From positions 1 to 64,000 of the forward strand of contig JAVKHO010000008.1 in the NCBI GenBank assembly GCA_031459915.1: a stretch of 64,000 nucleotides of DNA. The letters run 5' to 3'. The position numbers and the translations under genes are program-made. Source of the stretch: Candidatus Tepidifontimicrobium thermophilum (lineage in GTDB: Bacteria; Sysuimicrobiota; Sysuimicrobiia; Sysuimicrobiales; Sysuimicrobiaceae). This document shows, piece by piece, positions 9,269-18,500 of this stretch (within the stretch, counting starts at the first letter, position 1; each line of letters opens with the position of its first letter). The notes beneath the pieces are model-generated. The model was not told the origin of the DNA, did not search any database, and saw only the letters and a program-made list of their open reading frames with translations.

Positions 9269-10705
9269 CTACAGGGTGACGAACCGCGACAGGCCCAGCT
9301 CCGACCAGCGGGACCGGACCTGCTGCTCCACGGCCGGGTCGAGCTGGATCTGGACGGGCTTGTCCTTCCACTCGTACGGGACGGTGGCGTTGATGATCAT
9401 CTTGGACGTGATCTCCCGTGCGTGGATGGGCAGCCCTGGATCCAGGGGCGTGGACCGGCCCCGCTTGATCAGCTCGCAGCGGTCAGGCGAAGAGCGGATG
9501 GCGATGGCGTACCAGACCTGCGTGAGGTCGTCCGCAGGGATGTCCCCGTCCACCAGGATCACGTACTTCACCCCGTAGTGGCCCGTCGTGGTGCCCAGCA
9601 CCGCCATCCCCACCTGCTCCGCGTGCCCGGGGTACTTCTGGTCCACGGACACCACCGCGATGAACCGGCCCCCGCTCTCGGGCAGGCAGTACACGGACCG
9701 GATGCCCGCGATGCGCATGGCCTCCAGGTCGGACCACAGGGTGGCGGTCCGGTTGAGGGACTGGATCATATGGGTGTCGGTGATGGGCCGGCCCACCGTG
9801 GAGACCGGGAAGAGGGGGCCCTTGCGGAAGTGGAGGGCCTTGACGTCGATCCACACCTTGGGAGAAGGGGTCCCGGAGTAGTACCCTGTGTACTCCCCGA
9901 AGGGCCCTTCCAGGCGGAGCTCATCCTCCGCGATGACCAGGTCTCCCTCCACCACGTACTCCGCGTCCGCGGGGATCGGGAGACCCGTGTACGTGCCGGG
10001 GGTAACCTCCATGGGCTCGCCCCGCAGCGCCCCCACCATGTCGTACTCGCATACGCCCCGGCCGAAGAGGGTGCTGGCGGTGAGGAACAGGAGGGGGTCG
10101 CTCCCGAACACCAGGGCCACGGGCATCCGCCTCATCCCGCGCTTACGGGCGTTCTGGATGTGCAGGTCCGCGTCCTTCCCCTTGATGGGCTGCAGGCCCA
10201 GGGTCCGGCCGTCGAACACCTGGCTGCGGTAGGTCCCCACGTTCACCCAGCCGGTTTCGGGATCCTGGGTCACCACCGCCACGGCGGTGCCGATGAACCG
10301 GCCCCCATCCATGGGGTACAGCTTGGGCACTGGGACGAACCGCAACACGTCCGCCTCAGGGCCCGTTACCGAGTTCTCGTACACCGGCGCGCGCTCCGGC
10401 GGGACGGACACCGGGGGCACCGGGTGCTTGGTGCGGTCCACCCAGAAGCGCGCCAGCTGGCAGATGCTGTTGCGGTCAGGCGCGCCCAAGGCGATGGCCA
10501 TGCGCTTCACCGTGGTGAACAGGCTGGCCAACACCGGCCGTCCCTCGTATCCCTTGACCCGTTCGAACAGGAGCAGGGGACCGCCCCGCTCCTCGCTCAG
10601 TTTGGCCACGTGGCCCAGCTCCAGGTCCCAGTCCACTTCTGCCTGGATCCGGGCTAGGTCACCGACCTCCTCCACCTGCCGCACGAACCACCGCAGGTCC
10701 GGCAT
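9269..10705 (-). CDS. ppcB: UbiD-family (de)carboxylase, phenylphosphate carboxylase beta subunit-like
   Basis: EVDWDLELGHVAKLSEE, GTYRSQ, EGPFGEYTGYY, RTATLWSDLE, ELIKRGRSTPLDP, PYEWK resemble PpcB as recalled; divergent from Pps-like genes. Confidence 0.8.
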   Translation of the reverse strand: MPDLRWFVRQVEEVGDLARIQAEVDWDLELGHVAKLSEERGGPLLLFERVKGYEGRPVLASLFTTVKRMAIALGAPDRNSICQLARFWVDRTKHPVPPVSVPPERAPVYENSVTGPEADVLRFVPVPKLYPMDGGRFIGTAVAVVTQDPETGWVNVGTYRSQVFDGRTLGLQPIKGKDADLHIQNARKRGMRRMPVALVFGSDPLLFLTASTLFGRGVCEYDMVGALRGEPMEVTPGTYTGLPIPADAEYVVEGDLVIAEDELRLEGPFGEYTGYYSGTPSPKVWIDVKALHFRKGPLFPVSTVGRPITDTHMIQSLNRTATLWSDLEAMRIAGIRSVYCLPESGGRFIAVVSVDQKYPGHAEQVGMAVLGTTTGHYGVKYVILVDGDIPADDLTQVWYAIAIRSSPDRCELIKRGRSTPLDPGLPIHAREITSKMIINATVPYEWKDKPVQIQLDPAVEQQVRSRWSELGLSRFVTL

Positions 10706-10908
10706 CCCTCTTCCTCCTTCCCCTCGACCGGTTCACCCCCAGTAAGGCCGGGCCTTCGCCGGGCCGGCAAGGCGCGGGCGTACTGGTGCAATCGTACCGG
10801 GCGGTGCGTTCGAACCGGTGCGCTTGCCTCTTGCCGGCCGGGAGGGGAACGGGAACCGTAAGCATTAGACTCAGGGTCTTGTCAAGCCTTTTGGGGGGGT
10901 GAACAGCC

Positions 10909-12753
10909 ATGGCAGCCCAGACGGTGGTGCACCGTTTCCCCAGCCCCTTCGAGGTCCCCACGCCGCCCGGTGCGGAGGGCTGGCAGCGCATGTACCCGTA
11001 CTACCTCCTGTTCTCCGAGGAGAACCGGGCCTGGGAAGACGCCATGCTGTGGTACCAGGACGGGATCCACCACCCGGAGGTGTTGTTCCCCTTCGACACC
11101 ATCTCCCACGAGGCCTGGCGGATCGCGTTGGGTCAGAACAACAGCCGGATCTTCGCCATCCCGCCCGCGTACGGGATCGAGCAGCGCATCCTCAACGGCT
11201 ACCTGTACATCACCCCCGTCCCGGTCACGGACCCGAAGTGGGTAGAGGAGCGCGTGGCGGTGTTCATGAAACGGGCGGGCCACTACTACCAGAGCTGGAA
11301 CCTGCTGTTCGACCGGTGGAAGGAGAAGATGACCCGGCTCATTGAGGAACTGGAGGCGCTCCCCGTCCCTCGCCTCGCCCGGCTGGACGACGAGGCAGTG
11401 GTCACGGAGGCCCGGGGCATGTCCACCGGGTGGAAGCTCCTGGAGGCGTACGGGCGGCTGATCGACAACTTCTTCGTAGCGTGGCAGCACCACTTCGAGA
11501 TGTTGAACCTGGGCTACGCCGCGTACCTGAACCTGTACCAGTTCTGCAAGCAGGCCTTCCCCGGCATCGGGGACCAGACCATCGCGCAGATGGTGGCGGG
11601 CTCGGAGTTGCTGTTCTTCCGGCCCGACGACGAGCTGAAGAAGCTGGCACGTCTGGCGCTGGACCTCGGCATCGCGGACCGCATCCGCCAACCGAAGAAG
11701 CCCGAGGACGTCGTAGCGGAGTTGCGCCAGGACCCCCGGGCGCGGCCGTGGGTGCAGGCCCTGGACGAGGCCTGGCGGCCGTGGTTTTACTTCTCCAACG
11801 GCGCGGGCTTCTACCACCACCACCGGAGCTGGGTGGACGACCTGACGGTGCCGTGGGCGGCTATGAAGGGGTACATGGAGCGCATGGAGCGCGGCGAGAA
11901 CATCGAGCGACCCAAGGAGGAGATCCTGGAGCGCCGGGAGCGGTTGGCCCGGGAGTACCGGGAGCTGCTGAGCAGTGACCAGGACCGGGCCACCTTCGAC
12001 CAGAACCTGGCCCTGGCCCGGACCGTGGCCACGTACATCGAGGACCACAACTTCTACGTGGAGCACTGGCACCACACCATCTTCTGGAACAAGATGCGGG
12101 AGGTCGGGGACCGCTTCGTGGAGGGCGGGTTCTTGGACGACCGGGAGGACGTGTTCTACCTGAACCGACACGAGGTGGCGCAGGCCCTGGCGGACCTAGT
12201 GGCCACGTGGGCCACGGGCGGCAGGAGCCGCGGTGCGGTGTACTGGAAGCGGGAGGTGGCGGACCGGAAGCGCATCCTGGGCGTTCTACGTAACTGGTCG
12301 CCGCTGCCGGCCCTGGGTCCGGTGCCCGCGGAGATCACGGAGCCGTTCACCGTGATGCTGTGGGGGGTCACCACGGAACGCGTGCGGGAGTGGCTGGGAG
12401 CGGCTGGAGCCCGCGCGGAGGACGAGATCCGGGGCTACGCGGGATCGCCCGGGGTTGCAGAGGGCGTCGCGCGGGTGATCCTGTCCGCCTCGCAGCTCTC
12501 GGAGGTCCAGCCGGGCGAGATCCTGGTGTGCCCCATCACCGCGCCCAGCTGGGGTCCGGTGTTCAACCGGATCGCGGCGGCGGTGTCGGACATCGGCGGC
12601 ATCATGTCCCACGCGGCCATCGTGTCCCGGGAGTACGGCCTGCCGGCGGTGGTGGGGACCGGGGACGCCACCAAGCGCATCCGCACGGGCGACCGCATCC
12701 GGGTGGACGGGAACACGGGCGTGGTGAAGATCCTGAAGCGCGCGGCGAGCTGA
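10909..12753 (+). CDS. Phenylphosphate synthase subunit A-like (phospho-His PEP-utiliser mobile domain)
   Basis: N-terminal PGAEGWQRMYPYY and C-terminal GGIMSHAAIVSREYGLPAVVGTG (His568); 614 aa with no ATP-grasp or pyruvate-binding barrel. Confidence 0.82.
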   Translation: MAAQTVVHRFPSPFEVPTPPGAEGWQRMYPYYLLFSEENRAWEDAMLWYQDGIHHPEVLFPFDTISHEAWRIALGQNNSRIFAIPPAYGIEQRILNGYLYITPVPVTDPKWVEERVAVFMKRAGHYYQSWNLLFDRWKEKMTRLIEELEALPVPRLARLDDEAVVTEARGMSTGWKLLEAYGRLIDNFFVAWQHHFEMLNLGYAAYLNLYQFCKQAFPGIGDQTIAQMVAGSELLFFRPDDELKKLARLALDLGIADRIRQPKKPEDVVAELRQDPRARPWVQALDEAWRPWFYFSNGAGFYHHHRSWVDDLTVPWAAMKGYMERMERGENIERPKEEILERRERLAREYRELLSSDQDRATFDQNLALARTVATYIEDHNFYVEHWHHTIFWNKMREVGDRFVEGGFLDDREDVFYLNRHEVAQALADLVATWATGGRSRGAVYWKREVADRKRILGVLRNWSPLPALGPVPAEITEPFTVMLWGVTTERVREWLGAAGARAEDEIRGYAGSPGVAEGVARVILSASQLSEVQPGEILVCPITAPSWGPVFNRIAAAVSDIGGIMSHAAIVSREYGLPAVVGTGDATKRIRTGDRIRVDGNTGVVKILKRAAS

Positions 12754-12757
12754 GGCC

Positions 12758-13798
12758 ATGGACTACGTCCTGCCCCTGGAGCACTGCGGGCGCTCGGTCC
12801 TGGACCGGGTGGGCGGGAAGGCGGTGGGGCTGTGGGAGCTGCTGCGCCGCGGACTCCCAGTACCTGCGGGCTTTGCTGTCACCACCCACGCGTACCGGGA
12901 GTTCGTCCGCTCCGAGCGGTTGGACCGGGAGATCCGCTGGTGGGTGGAGCGGGCACGGGAGTCGGTGGACGCGCAGCTGGAGGCCTCGCGGAGGATCGGG
13001 CAGCTGTTTACGGAGCGCCGTCCCCCCGCTTTCCTGACGGAGGAAGTGGCACGGGCGTACGGACAGCTGGGGGAGCCTCCCGTGGCGGTCCGCTCCTCCG
13101 CGGTGGGGGAGGACGCCCGGACGGCGTCGTTTGCCGGGGAGCACGAGAGCTACCTGTGGGTGTGCGGCTACGAGGAGGTGGCCGCCTCCGTGCTGCGGTG
13201 CTGGGCCAGCCTGTTCAGCCCGCAGGCCCTGAGCTACTTCGCGCACCTGGGGGCCGACCCCGCGGAGGCCGCCATGGGCGTCGTGGTCCAGCACATGGTG
13301 GACGCGCAGGTAGCGGGCGTGATGATCACCCTGGACCCCGTCACGGGGGATCCGTCCCAGGTCACGGTGGAGGCCAGCTACGGCCTGGGCCTCGCGGTGG
13401 TGGGGGGCGAAGTCACCCCGGACCGGTTCGCGGTGGACAAGGTCACCCTGGAGGCGCGTTCTAGCCGCGTGGGCCACAAGACCGTGGCGTACCGCTACGA
13501 CCCTAGCCAGGGCCGCGTGGCGGCCTTTCCCGTACCGGAGGAAATGGCCGGCCAGCCGTGCCTGCGGCTGGAGCAGGTGCAGCAGCTGGCGCAGATGGGC
13601 AGGCAGCTGGAGCGGGAGCTCGGGAGGGCCCAGGACGTGGAGTGGGCTCTGGACGGCGACGGCCGGTTGTACCTGGTCCAGACCCGGCCCGAAACGGTCT
13701 GGAGCAACCGACCCCGAGCGCCTCTGTCGAACCCGGAGGAACCCATGCTGAGCCGCATCCTGCGCAGCATGCGGATCCCCATGCGGATCGCGGATTGA
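12758..13798 (+). CDS. Phenylphosphate synthase subunit B-like (PPDK/PEPS ATP-binding domain)
   Basis: VGGKA, VAVRSSAVGED..ASFAG, QDVEWALD, LVQTRPETVW; stand-alone nucleotide-binding domain. Confidence 0.82.
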   Translation: MDYVLPLEHCGRSVLDRVGGKAVGLWELLRRGLPVPAGFAVTTHAYREFVRSERLDREIRWWVERARESVDAQLEASRRIGQLFTERRPPAFLTEEVARAYGQLGEPPVAVRSSAVGEDARTASFAGEHESYLWVCGYEEVAASVLRCWASLFSPQALSYFAHLGADPAEAAMGVVVQHMVDAQVAGVMITLDPVTGDPSQVTVEASYGLGLAVVGGEVTPDRFAVDKVTLEARSSRVGHKTVAYRYDPSQGRVAAFPVPEEMAGQPCLRLEQVQQLAQMGRQLERELGRAQDVEWALDGDGRLYLVQTRPETVWSNRPRAPLSNPEEPMLSRILRSMRIPMRIAD

Positions 13799-13805
13799 TC
13801 CGTCT

Positions 13806-14447
13806 GTGGCCGGCGGCTGGCGGGTCTGGCTGTTCGACCTGGACAAGACCCTGGTCAACGTGGAGGACGGCGTGGACTACTGCGCGGCCCTCCACGCTTT
13901 GCGGGAGCGGTTCCCCCAGGCCCGCAGGAGAGAGGGACTACCACCTGTGGAGTTCACGCGGTGCGCGGTGGAGGTGCTGTCCGTCCTGGACGGCCTGTTC
14001 GGAGACCCCCCGCGGTGGCAGCTGGCCTCCGACACCGTGGAAGCGTACGAGCTGGCGGGTGTTGCGCGCTCCAGGCCCATGCCGGGCCTGGAGTCGTTGC
14101 GGAGCCTACGGGGCACGCGGCCGTGGGCGGTAGTGACGCTGCTGGGGCCCCGAGCGGCGCAGGAGGTGCTGCACCGCCACGGGCTGCAGCCGGACTGCCT
14201 GGTAGCCAGGCAGCCAGACGTCCGAATGAAGCCTGCTCCGGACCCGGTACTCCGTGCCCTCCAGCTGCTGGGAGCCCGACCCGAGGAGGCCGTGCTGGTG
14301 GGGGACAGTAGCTGGGACGAGCGCTCCGCGCGCGCGGCAGGCGTGGCGTTTGTAGGTCTCACGTGGGGCCGTGAACAGCCCTTCGGCCCCGGTGCCCGGG
14401 TGGCCCACGACCTGGAGGAGGTTACGCGTCTGCTCCTTCACTGGTGA
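13806..14447 (+). CDS. HAD-IA family hydrolase
   Basis: FDLDKTL, MKPAPDP, LVGDSSWD. Confidence 0.82.
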   Translation: MAGGWRVWLFDLDKTLVNVEDGVDYCAALHALRERFPQARRREGLPPVEFTRCAVEVLSVLDGLFGDPPRWQLASDTVEAYELAGVARSRPMPGLESLRSLRGTRPWAVVTLLGPRAAQEVLHRHGLQPDCLVARQPDVRMKPAPDPVLRALQLLGARPEEAVLVGDSSWDERSARAAGVAFVGLTWGREQPFGPGARVAHDLEEVTRLLLHW

Positions 14448-15463
14448 CACGCTCCCCCCGCCAGGGAAGCAGCCTTCTCCGCCGAACCTTCACCGACGTG
14501 ACACGCTTTGCGGTAGGAACGCCCGAACACCGGGGCTCGGGCGCAGACCCCCGAGCCCCTGCAGCCTTCGTCCTGCGGATCCCCGGGTTGCACTTGGCCC
14601 GCACCCTCGGATGCGGCCAGGCTTTCCGGTGGAGCTGGCGCGGCGGGGTCGCAGAAGGTGTCGTCGGGCGCTCGGTGTGGCGGCTGCGGCCCACAGCCGG
14701 CGGTGTCCGTGGGGTGGCCGCTGGGGAGGCGGTGCGTCCGGACCGGTTGCGGGGCTACCTGCTGGGCTGGGGGCCGATAGGTCCGCTGGAGGCCGCTCTG
14801 GCCACGGATCCGGTGCTGGCACGGGCGCTGCGGCAGACCCGCGGGATCTCCATCCTGGCGCAGGACGCGTGGGAGGTGCTGGCCACGTTCCTCGTCTCTC
14901 AGAACAACAACATCCCGAAGATCGTCCGCAGCGTGCAGCACCTCTGCCGGGCCCTGGGTGAGCCCATCGGACAGCCGCCCCTGGCGTGGACGTTCCCGTC
15001 CCCGGCCGCGGTAGCGGAAGCACCGGACCGGATGCTAAGGGAGGCGCTGCTGGGCTACCGGGCAGCGTACCTGCGGGAGGTGGCGCGGCGCGTGGCCTGG
15101 GGCGACCTGGACCTGGATCGCCTGCGGACCATTCCCACGGAGGAGGCGCGAAGGGCGCTGTTGGACCTGCCCGGGGTTGGGGAGAAGGTGGCGGACTGTG
15201 TGTTGCTCTTCGGCCTGGGGCACCGGGCGACCTTCCCTGTGGACGTGTGGGTGAGGCGTGCGGTGGAGGAGCTATACTTCGGCGGGCGATCCAGGTCCGT
15301 ACGGGACATCCGGGCGTGGGCCCTAGACCGCTTCGGGCAGCTGGCAGGCCTTGCGCAGCAGCACCTGTACCACTACGCCAGGACGTGCGGGATTGCTGGG
15401 TCGCGTCAGGACGACGGCGGCAGGGGCGGCACGGCAGGGCGCAGGACCTCCGCCTGCGGGTGA
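14444..15463 (+). CDS. 8-oxoguanine DNA glycosylase (OGG1-like, HhH-GPD); start uncertain
   Basis: TLGCGQAFRW, FLVSQNNNIPKI, LPGVGEKVADCVLLF, FPVDVWV, AQQHLY. Confidence 0.85.
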   Translation: MTRSPRQGSSLLRRTFTDVTRFAVGTPEHRGSGADPRAPAAFVLRIPGLHLARTLGCGQAFRWSWRGGVAEGVVGRSVWRLRPTAGGVRGVAAGEAVRPDRLRGYLLGWGPIGPLEAALATDPVLARALRQTRGISILAQDAWEVLATFLVSQNNNIPKIVRSVQHLCRALGEPIGQPPLAWTFPSPAAVAEAPDRMLREALLGYRAAYLREVARRVAWGDLDLDRLRTIPTEEARRALLDLPGVGEKVADCVLLFGLGHRATFPVDVWVRRAVEELYFGGRSRSVRDIRAWALDRFGQLAGLAQQHLYHYARTCGIAGSRQDDGGRGGTAGRRTSACG

Positions 15464-17397
15464 CGTGCCTGCCGCCAGTTCCGGACTGCCAGCAGGGCCG
15501 CGCAGACCAGCCCGGCGACCTCCAGGGGCCACGAGAAAGCTGCCACCTGGCCGGTCTCGGGGGTGAGCACCGCGACCGCGCTGGCCGCCAACAACACGCG
15601 TTCCGGCAAGGAAAGGCGGGTAAACCAGTGGCCGACCAAGGAGGCCGCCAGCAACCACGTCCCCAGCACCGCCGTACCGGTGGCCAGCAGGATGGTGGCC
15701 ATGCTTCCACGGCCGATGAGGGCCGGCTCGAGGGCGAACAGGAAGGGCACCAGGTAGGCCACGGCTGCCAGACGCATGCTGGCCCAGCCGGCGCGCCAGA
15801 AGTCGCACCCTCCGATGGCCGCGGCGGTGAAAGTGGCCAGGCACACCGGCGGGGTGATCATGGACAGCATCCCAAAGTAGAAGACAAACAGGTGCGCCGC
15901 GAGCGCCGGTACCCCCAGCTGGACCAACGCGGGAGCCACGAGGGTCGCCATGAGCACGTAGACCGCGACTGTGGGCATGCCCATGCCCAGCAGCATCGCC
16001 ACAACGGCGGTCAGCAGCAGGAGCAGCGGGAGGTCCCCTCCAGCCAGCTGGGTGAGCAGCAGGGCCAAGCGGAAGCCCAGTCCGGTGTACTGCAGGACCC
16101 CGATGACCAGGCCCGCCACGCCGGTCACCGCCACCAGACCCAGCAGGGCGCGCCCGGTCTGCTCCAGGACACCCAGCACGCTCCAGCCCCGCACCCGCAG
16201 GACCAGCGCCACCAGCGCTGCCAGGGCCGCGGCCACCACACCCACGTGGTCCGCCTGCCACCGGAGGCCGTAGAGCCCGAGAATCACGGAGCCCAGGGCG
16301 ACCGCGAACACGCTGCCGCGCGGGAGGACCCGCCGCAGCTGCGGGAGCTGGTCCGCGGGCAGGCCCCGCAGGCCGGCCCTGGCGGCCTCGAGGTCCACCT
16401 GGAAGAACAGGCAGACGTAGTAGAGGATCGCCGGGATCAGGGCCGCCGCCGCCACCTCCGCGTACCGGATGCCCAGGAACTCCGCCATGAGGAACGCGGC
16501 AGCGCCCATCACCGGCGGCATGATCTGCCCTCCCGTGGAGGCGGTGGCCTCCACCGCGGCGGCCACGTGGGCCGGGTAGCCTGCCCGTTTCATCATGGGG
16601 ATGGTGATGGGGCCGTCCACGGCCACGTTGGCCACCGCGCTTCCCGAGATGTTGCCGAACAGAGACGACGCCACCACGGCCATCTTTGCCGGTCCGCCCC
16701 GAAAGCGGCCCACCAGGGCCAGGGCCAGGTCGCCCAGGAAGTCCGCACCGCCCGTGGCGAACAAAACCTGTCCCATGAGGACGAACCCGAGCACCACCGT
16801 GGAGGCGACCGCGAGGGGCGTGCCCAGGATCCCGTTGAGGTCCAGGTACAGGTAGGTAAACAGGCGCTCCCACCGCGCGGGCGTGCCAGCCAGCGGCCCG
16901 GGCAGCAGGTCGGCAAAGCGGCCGTACAGGAGGAACACCACCGCCACCCACAGGACCGCGGCTCCCGCGGTGCGCCGGACGGCCTCCAGCAGGAGCACCA
17001 CCGCGGCGAGGCCGAGCAGCCACTTGTCGGGCGTGAGGATGGCCAAGCGGTCGGCCACAGAGGGGTAGTAGACAGCCACGTAGCCGCCCACCGCGACACC
17101 CGCACAGGCCAGGACCCAGTCGTGCCAAGGGATCCGGGCCCTCTCCCTTCCGCGGGCGGGGATCGACAGGAACACAGCCGGCAGCGCCAGGGCCAGCAGC
17201 ACGCCCAGGTACTGTTCGCGGAACACCGGCACTCCCACCCGGGAGGGCACCTGGAGGATGAACAGCATCCCGGCTGCGGGGATGGCTACCAGTATCACCC
17301 GCAGCACAGCTCCGGCAGCTCCACCCGGGCGCGCAGCCGGCAGGTTCTCTGGGTCACGGGCCGTGGTGGGCTCGCTGGGCCGCACCGGGCGCGGCAT
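15406..17397 (-). CDS. TRAP transporter fused (4TM/12TM) permease
   Basis: SGSAVANV, EATASTGGQIMPPVMGAAAF, GMGMPT, ITPPVCLA. Confidence 0.92.
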   Translation of the reverse strand: MPRPVRPSEPTTARDPENLPAARPGGAAGAVLRVILVAIPAAGMLFILQVPSRVGVPVFREQYLGVLLALALPAVFLSIPARGRERARIPWHDWVLACAGVAVGGYVAVYYPSVADRLAILTPDKWLLGLAAVVLLLEAVRRTAGAAVLWVAVVFLLYGRFADLLPGPLAGTPARWERLFTYLYLDLNGILGTPLAVASTVVLGFVLMGQVLFATGGADFLGDLALALVGRFRGGPAKMAVVASSLFGNISGSAVANVAVDGPITIPMMKRAGYPAHVAAAVEATASTGGQIMPPVMGAAAFLMAEFLGIRYAEVAAAALIPAILYYVCLFFQVDLEAARAGLRGLPADQLPQLRRVLPRGSVFAVALGSVILGLYGLRWQADHVGVVAAALAALVALVLRVRGWSVLGVLEQTGRALLGLVAVTGVAGLVIGVLQYTGLGFRLALLLTQLAGGDLPLLLLLTAVVAMLLGMGMPTVAVYVLMATLVAPALVQLGVPALAAHLFVFYFGMLSMITPPVCLATFTAAAIGGCDFWRAGWASMRLAAVAYLVPFLFALEPALIGRGSMATILLATGTAVLGTWLLAASLVGHWFTRLSLPERVLLAASAVAVLTPETGQVAAFSWPLEVAGLVCAALLAVRNWRQARHPQAEVLRPAVPPLPPSS

Positions 17398-18432
17398 CTA
17401 CCGGGCAGCCTCCTGGAGCAGACGTCCCTGGGCCTGATCCATGGCCTGCGTCCACGCGCCCTTCTCCCGGTACAGCCGGATGGCTCCGGGGTGGTAGGGG
17501 ACGGTCACGCCGGGATCCGCGTAGCGCCGCGTGGCCCACTCCTCGAAGGCGGAGTGCAGGGGCCACAGCCTCCGGTTGTGCTCCCACAGGGTCCGGGTGA
17601 CGCGGTACACCACGTCCTCAGGGAGGTCCTTGTGGGTCAGTAGGTAGATGTCGTAGGCTTCCACCCAGACGTCCTCCACCACCCCTGCGGAACGGCCTGC
17701 CTTCAGGCGCACCGCGTAGTAGCCGGGCACCGCCTCCCGCAGCCGCCGCTGGCCCTGTTCGTCCCCGCAGATGGACAGAGCGCGCAACCCGATGGTGGCG
17801 TCCGCCTCCTGCACGTCCGCGGCGCCGAGGGCGTAGGCAGCGGAGTCTGCGCGGCCGGTCACGAGCGCCCGCATTCCCTCTCCCACGGTGGACACCGGCA
17901 CCACCTGGACGTCGTTCCAGGAGAGCCCGCAGGAGGCCAGGTTGCCGTAGGTGTTGAACCAGACGGCCAAGTGGGCCGAGTACACGCCCGTCACCCGTCG
18001 GCCCCGCAGGTCCGCCACGGTGCGGAACGGGCTGTCCCGCCGGGCCCACTGCACCGCGTAGAGCGGGCCCCCGCGCACCACCAGGCGGATGTGGGGCGCG
18101 GGCTGGAACGGGTTCCTCCCGCCCACCTTCAGCCGGTCGGGACCCCGGTACGCCATCGCCACGTCCACCGCGTTGACCACGCCGAGCTGCAGCTCGCCCG
18201 CGTTGAGCAGCGGCAGGAAGGTGCTACTGCCGCTGTACGGCTGGACCACGGCCCGCAGGCCTGCGTAGTCCGTGAGGACACGGGCGACGCCGCTCCCAAG
18301 CGCGTAGAAGAGGGTGCCGGGTGGGTTGGTGCCGATGGTGAGGGTGCCCGGGGCCGGGCCCGCGGAGACACCCGCGCAGGCCACCAGCAACGCCAGAAAC
18401 ACCGCCATGCCGGGAACGCCGATCCGGACCAT
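17398..18432 (-). CDS. TAXI family TRAP solute-binding protein
   Basis: Signal peptide, IGTNPPGTLFY, C-terminal VPYHPGAIRLYRE; ATG at 18432. Confidence 0.88.
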   Translation of the reverse strand: MVRIGVPGMAVFLALLVACAGVSAGPAPGTLTIGTNPPGTLFYALGSGVARVLTDYAGLRAVVQPYSGSSTFLPLLNAGELQLGVVNAVDVAMAYRGPDRLKVGGRNPFQPAPHIRLVVRGGPLYAVQWARRDSPFRTVADLRGRRVTGVYSAHLAVWFNTYGNLASCGLSWNDVQVVPVSTVGEGMRALVTGRADSAAYALGAADVQEADATIGLRALSICGDEQGQRRLREAVPGYYAVRLKAGRSAGVVEDVWVEAYDIYLLTHKDLPEDVVYRVTRTLWEHNRRLWPLHSAFEEWATRRYADPGVTVPYHPGAIRLYREKGAWTQAMDQAQGRLLQEAAR

Positions 18433-18500
18433 GCGAGCCCCCCCTTTCGCACGCTTTGCCTCCCTAACAGGTTGCCAGAGAGGGGTGGAGGAATCAAAGG

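Noticed and set aside
10706..10908. Sigma54 promoter as in known phenol clusters
   Set aside because: No convincing TGGCAC-N5-TTGC seen on either strand; the minus-strand TTGACA at 10885-10880 lacks a well-spaced -10
10909..13798. Split or frameshifted PEP synthase, or rifampin phosphotransferase
   Set aside because: Two intact genes in the order His-domain then ATP-domain, no pyruvate-binding barrel, a PpsA-like N-terminus and an adjacent PpcB-like UbiD
15406..15463. Convergent 3' overlaps (OGG/TRAP; also TPR/GNAT at 25771-25814) as antisense regulation
   Set aside because: Short low-complexity tails, common in compact GC-rich genomes
14986..17643. 885-aa plus-strand ORF and similar long ORFs (3585-5861, 22715-25171, 43407-45101, 61056-62912)
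   Set aside because: Antisense or off-frame shadows of well-supported genes; expected at this GC content and lacking recognisable motifs
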